NCBI GenBank assembly: GCA_039809905.1
Contig: JBDHVY010000001.1
Span: 720,001-752,000 of the forward strand
From: Candidatus Babelota bacterium
GTDB taxonomy: Bacteria > Babelota > Babeliae > Babelales > Vermiphilaceae
Reading direction: 5' to 3'
Length of the DNA: 32,000 nt
The position numbers and the translations under genes are program-made. The notes under the pieces are model-generated. The model saw nothing but the letters and a program-made list of their open reading frames with translations, was not told where the DNA came from and did not search any database. Shown piece after piece: positions 25,706 to 32,000 of this stretch (position 1 is its first letter; every line of letters starts with the position of its first letter).

Positions 25706-26390
25706 GAGTGACCTTTTGTGTTAATTTTCCTTTGCTGAGAATAAATATTTCATCCATTCTTTCAGTGACATAATCATCATGGCTACTGATAATAATTCCC
25801 ATACCCCATTCATCATGGCATGATAGGAGAAGATCAATAATTGCTTTTCCTGTTGCAAGATCAAGATTGCCGGTGGGTTCATCAGCAATTAAAAAAGCTG
25901 GTTGATTAAATAAAGCGCGCGCAATAGCAACCCGTTGCTGCTGTCCACCAGAAAGCTCGCCTGGTTTGGAATCTTTTTTTTCAAAAACACCTACTTTTTT
26001 AAGTAAACCTTCTGCTCTGAGTTGGCATTCATCTTTTGTTTTTCCGTTGATAAGTCCGGGTAGAATTACATTTTCGAGCACTGAAAGTTCGCCAAGCAAA
26101 TGAGGAGATTGAAATACCAATCCAATCGATGTATTTAAAAAATGTGAATGAGCAGATGGAGATAGGGTGTTGAGGACTTTATGATTAAATAAAACTGTTC
26201 CAGAGCTTGGTGTCTCTAGACCGGCTAAGATATGCATAAATGTTGATTTGCCTGATCCAGAAATTCCCGTAATAGCATAACTTTTTTCTTGCGTAAATAG
26301 GACATCTATGTTATCAAGAACAATAATACTTTCTTGTCCTTGTATAAAATTTTGAGATATGCCTTGCGTTGCAAGTGTGGAATTTTGCAT
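25689..26390 (-). CDS. ABC transporter ATP-binding protein (LolD/FtsE/MacB-like)
   Basis: 233 aa. Walker A GISGSGKST, signature LSGGQQQRVAIARAL, Walker B FLIADEPTGNLD. 17-nt overlap with the murJ start. No permease gene adjacent. Confidence 0.9.
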   Translation of the reverse strand: MQNSTLATQGISQNFIQGQESIIVLDNIDVLFTQEKSYAITGISGSGKSTFMHILAGLETPSSGTVLFNHKVLNTLSPSAHSHFLNTSIGLVFQSPHLLGELSVLENVILPGLINGKTKDECQLRAEGLLKKVGVFEKKDSKPGELSGGQQQRVAIARALFNQPAFLIADEPTGNLDLATGKAIIDLLLSCHDEWGMGIIISSHDDYVTERMDEIFILSKGKLTQKVTHDQPR

Positions 26391-26630
26391 AATATGTCTT
26401 TCATGTAATTTCGTATCAGGAGACTTGTGAGATATCCCTCACCTTCTTTATTATAGAACCATAAATTGGCTTTTCATAGCAAAAAACTTCATAAAAATGA
26501 TAGTGTTTTACACAAAGTCTATTTGATAAGAACTTTTTGACTCCTCCGCTACAATTATTGAGTTAGTTTGATGTAATCTCATAAACTAGACTTGTAATGT
26601 ACAGCACAAAATAAAAAGTAGGGGAGTGAT

Positions 26631-28988
26631 ATGAAAAGTGTTGTCAGTCAAAAAAAGGCGAATGTTTCTCCAGAAATATTGCCAGTTATACCAACTATGG
26701 ATGTTGTTGTTTTTCCGCAAATTATTGTACCATTGCTTGTTCTTGATGAGAAAATAATAAGCGGAATTAATCGTGCTATAGAAGAGAAAAAAATGGTTTT
26801 CCTTCTTGCTGCAAAAAACGGCGTTGATCCACAAGGATCAATTAGCACTGATGATTTATATACTGTCGGAACGGTTGCTTCAGTAATGCGTCTTATCAAA
26901 ATGCCTGAAGGTGGGATTAAAATTCTGGTTCAAGGGGTAAGCAAAGCGCGTGCGCTTGACATTATGACAAATGATAATGCTCTTCAAGCAAAAGTCCAAA
27001 AGATTGAAGTGGAAGAAAGTAATGCTAATGAGTTATCCGCATGTGTGCAAAAAATTAAAAAAATTGCAGACCAAATGGCAACCTCAGGATATACCTTTAG
27101 TCCTGATTTTCATATTATTTTGTCAAAAATGAGCGATGCAGGAAAAATAGGTGATTTTATTTTATCTCATTTAAATCTTACTGTTGATGATGCGCAAAAA
27201 TTACTTGAAACAGAAAGTCAAAAAGATTTTCTGATCATGCTTTCTGATTATTTAAGTAAAGAAGTACAAGTTGCAGAAATTCAGGAAAAAATCAGAAACA
27301 ATGCGCGAGAATCAATGAATCGCTCTCAAAAAGAGTTTTATTTACGCGAGCAATTAAAGGCGATAAAACAAGAATTAGGTGAAGATGATCTTGAAGAAAT
27401 AGAAGATATGCGCGAAAAACTAGAAGTATTGTGTGTATCTGATGAAATAAAAAAAGAAATTAATCGTCATATTAATCGTCTTGAGCGTACTGCCCCCGAT
27501 TCGCTTGAGGCAACGGTAACGCGTAATCATTTGGAATGGGTATTTGCATTGCCGTGGAATAATTCAACAGAAGATAATTTAGATATTGCTCATGCAAAAC
27601 AAATTCTTGATGAAGATCATTTTGGATTAAAAGAAATTAAAGAACGTATTCTTGATTTTATATCAGTACGTAATTTAAAAAAAGATGGTTTTGCACCAAT
27701 TCTTTGTTTTGTAGGTCCGCCAGGTACGGGTAAAACATCACTAGGAAAATCAATTGCGCGAAGCTTAGGCAGAGAGTATGGCAGAATTTCTCTTGGTGGT
27801 GTAAAAGATGAAGCAGAAATTCGTGGTCACAGAAGAACTTATGTAGGTGCTATGCCCGGAAGATTTATTCAAGCATTACGAAAAACAGGTACACGTAATC
27901 CACTTATTGTCATTGATGAGCTTGATAAAATAGGGGCAGATTTTAGAGGAGATCCTTCAGCAGCAATGCTTGAAGTGCTTGATCCGCAACAAAACAAAAC
28001 ATTTTATGATAACTATCTAGGAATCCCATTCGATTTATCAGAAGTTATGTTCATAGCAACAGCAAACAATGCGGATATTATTTCTGAGCCATTACGTGAT
28101 CGTATGGAAATTATTGAATTAAGTGGCTATACCTTAGAAGAAAAAACAAATATTGCGCGTCAGCACTTAGTAAAAAAATCAATTGTTAATGCTGGCCTTA
28201 ATCCAAGCGATATTATTATCCCTGATCTTATTGTTCAAAAAATTATTGCAGATTACACAAAAGAATCAGGAGTGCGACAATTAGAAAGATTGATTGGTAA
28301 ACTATGCTCAAAGGCTGCGCGTAATTTTGTTGAAACAAAACAGCTTCCAGAATTTTTAGTACAAAATCTTGAACAATATCTTGGACCATGCAGATTTATT
28401 GATGATGGTGCAAATAAAAATCACCAAATTGGTATATCAAATGGTCTTGCATGGACATCTGTTGGCGGAGAAATTCTGCAAATAGAGGCGATGCTTATGC
28501 CGGGAACGGGGAAGCTGTTGTTAACCGGTCAGCTGGGAGATGTCATGAAAGAATCAGCGCAAGCGGCACGCAGTTATGCGTGTGCGCATGCAAAAGATTT
28601 TGGCATTGATAATAAAATGTTTACTGAATTCGATATGCATATTCATCTTCCTGCAGGAGCAGTGCCAAAAGATGGACCTTCAGCAGGGCTTGCAATGCTT
28701 ACGGCAATGCTTTCAACATTAACAAATCGTCCTATCAATGCTGATTATGCAATGACAGGAGAATTAAATTTGCGTGGTGAAGTTATGCCAATTGGTGGCG
28801 TGAAGGAAAAAATATTGGCAGCAAAACGGAATAATATTCCGTATGTGATTTTGCCAAGGAAAAATAGCCATAATTTAGCAGAACTTGATGGCATGACTGA
28901 AGGCATTGATATTATTTTGGTTGATCATGCAAATGATATTATTGATAAGTTATTAATGCCGGCTGATGAGCGTAAGAGTTTTGCGTAA
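26631..28988 (+). CDS. lon: ATP-dependent Lon protease (LonA)
   Basis: 785 aa. LON N-terminal domain, AAA+ Walker A GPPGTGKTS, Walker B VIDELDK, protease domain PKDGPSAG with the catalytic Ser. AGGGGAG RBS. Confidence 0.96.
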   Translation: MKSVVSQKKANVSPEILPVIPTMDVVVFPQIIVPLLVLDEKIISGINRAIEEKKMVFLLAAKNGVDPQGSISTDDLYTVGTVASVMRLIKMPEGGIKILVQGVSKARALDIMTNDNALQAKVQKIEVEESNANELSACVQKIKKIADQMATSGYTFSPDFHIILSKMSDAGKIGDFILSHLNLTVDDAQKLLETESQKDFLIMLSDYLSKEVQVAEIQEKIRNNARESMNRSQKEFYLREQLKAIKQELGEDDLEEIEDMREKLEVLCVSDEIKKEINRHINRLERTAPDSLEATVTRNHLEWVFALPWNNSTEDNLDIAHAKQILDEDHFGLKEIKERILDFISVRNLKKDGFAPILCFVGPPGTGKTSLGKSIARSLGREYGRISLGGVKDEAEIRGHRRTYVGAMPGRFIQALRKTGTRNPLIVIDELDKIGADFRGDPSAAMLEVLDPQQNKTFYDNYLGIPFDLSEVMFIATANNADIISEPLRDRMEIIELSGYTLEEKTNIARQHLVKKSIVNAGLNPSDIIIPDLIVQKIIADYTKESGVRQLERLIGKLCSKAARNFVETKQLPEFLVQNLEQYLGPCRFIDDGANKNHQIGISNGLAWTSVGGEILQIEAMLMPGTGKLLLTGQLGDVMKESAQAARSYACAHAKDFGIDNKMFTEFDMHIHLPAGAVPKDGPSAGLAMLTAMLSTLTNRPINADYAMTGELNLRGEVMPIGGVKEKILAAKRNNIPYVILPRKNSHNLAELDGMTEGIDIILVDHANDIIDKLLMPADERKSFA

Positions 28989-29002
28989 AACATCTGATAA
29001 AT

Positions 29003-29037
29003 AAAAAAAGGGATGGTGAATCTCACCATCCCTTTCT
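29003..29037. terminator. bidirectional rho-independent terminator
   Basis: GGGATGGTGA (29010-29019) / TCACCATCCC (29023-29032), a perfect 10-bp stem with an A7 run upstream and TTTCT downstream. Sits between convergent lon and the 29065 gene. Confidence 0.7.
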
Positions 29038-29064
29038 CATTTCTTATATTCTTTATGATTATTT

Positions 29065-29979
29065 CTATGCTTTCGCCGGTTGTTTTTGTTGTTGCTGTTT
29101 TACTTGTTGTTCAAGTTTTTTTTGCTCAGTTTGTTTTTGAGCGACATTTTTTTCTGCTTTTGCGATTTCCTCTGGTGTTGCATCAGGATCGGCGAGTAAT
29201 GAATTAAGGAAATCTTTTGCGCTATTATAAGCAAATTGTGCGAGATTAAGTTTATTTTGCGTTTCAAGTAATGCATTAAGTGTTCCCCAAGCAGCTGCTA
29301 AAGATAATCCCGCTTTAACAGCTGAAATACCGGTTACCGTTCCACCAAAAAGATGATAATCAGCACCCAAAGCTGCAGCATACATTAAAGATTTAAATGC
29401 AGTACTCCACTTTATTCCTGCGATTATTTCTTGATTATAGATGATATTATCTATTTTTTCTGATAATGGTATCCATTCAGAGAATTTTTGTTTTGCAATT
29501 TCGTATGTGGCTTCTTTTCCCTTGACTGGCGAGCCATCTTCTGTGGTAATAACAGCCCATATATCATTTAAATCTTTAATTTTTTTGTCTAATTTTACTT
29601 TCATCGGATAAAGGTCTGCCAATTTTGCTTTAGCCTTATCTTTTTGTTCTTTTGAGTATCCCGTTATTAGTTCACTGAATGTTGAGCGTTCTTCATGAGT
29701 TTCTTCAAGGTCTTCAAGTAATTCTGCTGCGGCCTCAGAAATTTTCTGTTTTACAACAGCTTTTTTTTCTGGCGTATTGGCTGTTGTTAGAGCTTTCATA
29801 GTATCGTTTAATTTTCTGGTGTCAGCGGTTGTTTTTTTATCAATCATGGTAGTGGATTTTTGTGCTTGTGTTTGTTGCTGAGGTATTGAGCTGGTTTTTG
29901 TACCTTTTTTTGCGTGCACGGTGTTTACCATAGCGCACGATAATGCTATTGTTGCAAGGATGGTTATTATTTTTTTCAT
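29065..29979 (-). CDS. secreted or anchored coiled-coil protein with Gly/Ala-rich hydrophobic segment (paralog 1)
   Basis: 304 aa. MKKIITILATIALSCAMVNTVHA|KKGTK. Lys/Glu-rich helical region. Roughly 40-aa hydrophobic stretch LMYAAALGADYHLFGGTVTGISAVKAGLSLAAAWGTL. Gln/Lys-rich C-terminus. AAGGA RBS. Confidence 0.7.
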   Translation of the reverse strand: MKKIITILATIALSCAMVNTVHAKKGTKTSSIPQQQTQAQKSTTMIDKKTTADTRKLNDTMKALTTANTPEKKAVVKQKISEAAAELLEDLEETHEERSTFSELITGYSKEQKDKAKAKLADLYPMKVKLDKKIKDLNDIWAVITTEDGSPVKGKEATYEIAKQKFSEWIPLSEKIDNIIYNQEIIAGIKWSTAFKSLMYAAALGADYHLFGGTVTGISAVKAGLSLAAAWGTLNALLETQNKLNLAQFAYNSAKDFLNSLLADPDATPEEIAKAEKNVAQKQTEQKKLEQQVKQQQQKQPAKA

Positions 29980-30031
29980 TAAAATTCCTTATTTTTTTTG
30001 GTAAAGCACACTAATTATTTTATACATTTTG

Positions 30032-31357
30032 CTATGGTGCTGATGCTGGCGTTGGTTGAAAATATCTATCGATAGGTAAATAAGTATCTTTATATGTTGT
30101 TGGTGTCGACATTGGTGTTGGTACTTTTCCTACTGGCACTGATGCAGGTTTTGATTGCGGTGTTGTTGTTGGCGCTGGTGCTGAATAATACCAATCTCTA
30201 AATCTGTCTATAACATCTTTTTGTGGTGGAGTTGCTGCTGTAGATTGTGATGTTGGTGCAGGTGGCGATGATTGCGCTGGAGTTGGTATTGGTGCAGATG
30301 CTGGTTGAGCTGTTGATGCTGGCGTTGATGTGAACCATCCAAAAAAACCTTTTTGTGGTGGAGTTGCTGCAGGTGGCGATGATTGCGCTGGAGTTGGTAT
30401 TGGTGCAGATGCTGGTTGAGCTGTTGATGCTGGCGTTGATGTGAACCATCCAAAAAAACCTTTTTGTGGTGGAGTTGCTGTGGTTGATTGTGGTGCTGGT
30501 GCAGGTGGCGATGATTGTGCTGGAGCTGTTGTGGGCGTTGGTGTGGCTGTTGGTTTTGACAATGGTTGAGGTACTGAGGGTTGATTTGTTGTTGATGTTT
30601 TTGGTGCTTGGCTTGAACCACTTCTTTTGGGAGTTATTTTTTTAGCATAATCTGCAAATTTCTCTTTCCAAGACATAGGATGTTTTGTTTGTTCTGATGG
30701 ATAAGCCCAGTTGCGAAGTTTTTCTTTTAGTTTTCCATACCAATTTAATGTGGGAACAGGTATTTCATTTGGTGAGGGAGCAGGCGTTCCATCAATTTTG
30801 CTATTTGTTGTTGTGAAATATTTTATACCAACTCCAACAATAACAGCAGTAATTCCTAAGCCAGCCAATATTTTAATGGCATTTTCCATCTGGATGCTAT
30901 ATGGTTTTCCTGTTTTGCGTTCTAATTTTTCAATTTCGTTTTTTATAACTGCTAAATCTGCATTAAGTTTTGTTAATTCGCTATTAGCTTTTATATAATC
31001 AGCTTGTTGTTTTTCGGTTGTTCTAAAACCAAAATAACCATAATCTATATGATGTATGTCTTGTTCTTTTTTATTAATTTTTTCTAGTAACTTATCTCGT
31101 TCAACGATTTTTGCATCCAGTTCTTGTTGATCAGATGTTTTATCAGGATCAGTTATTGTTTCGATAAGTTTTTTTGCTGCTTCTGTTTTTTCTTCCTCAG
31201 TTTTTGCAACTTCTACTTTTTTAGTTGCTTGTAGTATTTCTCTTGATGTTACAGGAGTAGACATTGATCTTCCTCTCGTTCCTTTTTTTGCTTCAAGGAT
31301 ACTTATCACGGTGCAAGAAAATATGATTGTTATACATAGAGTTAAGATCTTTTTCAT
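30032..31357 (-). CDS. secreted or anchored coiled-coil protein with TM segment and Pro/Thr/Ser/Ala-rich repeat tail (paralog 2)
   Basis: 441 aa. MKKILTLCITIIFSCTVISILEA|KKGTR. Coiled-coil region, TM ILAGLGITAVIVGVGIKYF, then a PTSA-rich tail with a duplicated 37-aa unit. Confidence 0.7.
   Translation of the reverse strand: MKKILTLCITIIFSCTVISILEAKKGTRGRSMSTPVTSREILQATKKVEVAKTEEEKTEAAKKLIETITDPDKTSDQQELDAKIVERDKLLEKINKKEQDIHHIDYGYFGFRTTEKQQADYIKANSELTKLNADLAVIKNEIEKLERKTGKPYSIQMENAIKILAGLGITAVIVGVGIKYFTTTNSKIDGTPAPSPNEIPVPTLNWYGKLKEKLRNWAYPSEQTKHPMSWKEKFADYAKKITPKRSGSSQAPKTSTTNQPSVPQPLSKPTATPTPTTAPAQSSPPAPAPQSTTATPPQKGFFGWFTSTPASTAQPASAPIPTPAQSSPPAATPPQKGFFGWFTSTPASTAQPASAPIPTPAQSSPPAPTSQSTAATPPQKDVIDRFRDWYYSAPAPTTTPQSKPASVPVGKVPTPMSTPTTYKDTYLPIDRYFQPTPASAP
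30257..30480. repeat. perfect tandem duplication, period 111 bp, within a CDS
   Basis: 30257-30369 is base-for-base identical to 30368-30480 (113 nt, offset 111). Partial diverged copies lie at 30217-30238 and 30501-30525. The unit encodes PPQKGFFGWFTSTPASTAQPASAPIPTPAQSSPPAAT. Confidence 0.9.
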
Positions 31358-31480
31358 GAAATTCCTTTTTTAATCGTATTAATGCAGTAATAATTTGAGT
31401 TAATACTGCTATATTAATAGTAACAAATAGAATTTCAAATTGTCAATGATTGAGGTTGTTTAAGAATATGGATGGGGTTA

Positions 31481-31513
31481 AAATAAAAAGGGCAGCATGA
31501 TAACATGCCGCCC
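31481..31513 (-). terminator. rho-independent terminator on the minus strand
   Basis: Minus-strand RNA GGGCGGCAUG-UUAU-CAUGCUGCCC followed by UUUUUAUUUU. The one non-Watson-Crick position is G:U only on the minus strand. Lies 26 nt downstream of the 31539 stop. Confidence 0.72.
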
Positions 31514-31538
31514 ACTTTTAAGCTTGTTGTAATGTATG

Positions 31539-32000
31539 TTACATATCAGATAAATCTGCAGCTCTTTCCATAGTCATAGGAGCTCTTGGTGTTCTTACTC
31601 TAGGTACATCGTAAGTTTGTCCTGCTGGGAATTTTTCTGCAGTAGTACCAGCTTTTTCAGCAAGCCATCTTTTTGTTCTACCATATACATTTTCTTGCAC
31701 TGCTGGCTCTGCTGGTGTGCCTCTTAAGCCTGCTGGAAGGTATGATTTAGCACCTGCGTATGCTTGAGCGCCTTTTTCTGTGAGGTATGCTCTACCTTTA
31801 CCATCAAATTTGTAAGCATCAACTGCAAGAGCAACACCAGCTGCAGCTGCTATAGTTACTGCACCAACAGCGCCTTTAATTGCGCTTGCATATGATTTAC
31901 CAGCAATAACAGTTTGATTTTTGATTGCTTTCTCAATATTGCTTTTTCTAGTTTTAAGAGTTTTTAAGTCACCAGAAAGTGTTGCATGTTCTTCTTTTTT
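31539..32000 (-). CDS. C-terminal 153 codons of a third coiled-coil/TM family member; 5' end lies outside the window
   Basis: Own translation: KKEEHATLSGDLKTLKTRKSNIEKAIKNQTVIAGKSYASAIKGAVGAVTIAAAAGVALAVDAYKFDGKGRAYL...RAPMTMERAADLSDM*. Helix, Gly/Ala TM and tail follow the same order as the 30032 protein. Absent from the track because it is truncated. Confidence 0.6.
   Translation of the reverse strand, partial: KKEEHATLSGDLKTLKTRKSNIEKAIKNQTVIAGKSYASAIKGAVGAVTIAAAAGVALAVDAYKFDGKGRAYLTEKGAQAYAGAKSYLPAGLRGTPAEPAVQENVYGRTKRWLAEKAGTTAEKFPAGQTYDVPRVRTPRAPMTMERAADLSDM

Noticed and set aside
26855-26875. TTAGCACT half-site resembling a CIRCE (HrcA) operator near lon
   Set aside because: It lies inside the lon CDS and lacks the inverted partner GAGTGCTAA at a 9-nt spacing.
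30198-30621. His/Gln-rich (HQ-repeat) and Asn/Ser/Thr-rich ORFs of 137 aa and 83 aa
   Set aside because: These are alternative-frame readings of the 111-bp repeat region. The frame encoding the signal peptide, coiled coil, TM and PTSA tail is continuous over 441 aa and has an RBS.

Overview
AT-rich (roughly one-third GC by eye), gene-dense bacterial chromosome segment using the standard code (TAA, TAG and TGA all act as stops). Lnt, MurJ, a LolD-like ATPase and a beta-barrel OMP indicate a diderm. The lineage cannot be assigned from sequence alone, but the content resembles a host-associated or intracellular bacterium. Confident housekeeping calls: tsaD, smpB, tmRNA (ssrA), two Nudix hydrolases, a divergent ligase-only LigD plus Ku pair (NHEJ), a 7-blade YVTN beta-propeller protein, comM/yifB-acpS-lnt, initiator tRNA-fMet, murJ, a LolD/FtsE-like ABC ATPase and lon. 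About 19 of roughly 36 CDS are unrecognisable ORFans with N-terminal signal peptides, several in local paralog families. Main second-look items: (1) an operon of a 934-941 aa secreted ORFan and a 420 aa OMP ending in Phe; (2) a same-orientation intergenic element ATTGGGGTCCCCAT-N15-ATGGGGT, with 2 strict and 2-3 degenerate copies, three of them abutting stop codons of minus-strand secretome genes and one 11 nt upstream of tmRNA; (3) three tandem genes for signal peptide, coiled-coil, hydrophobic-segment proteins, one carrying a perfect 111-bp tandem duplication in a Pro/Thr/Ser/Ala tail; (4) a small secreted Cys-motif family flanking ssrA; (5) tandem paralogs with conserved ends and a swapped middle; (6) a Ku with a complete CxxC-x9-CxxC motif. 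No CRISPR array, transposase, integrase, reverse transcriptase or recognisable defence gene was seen.
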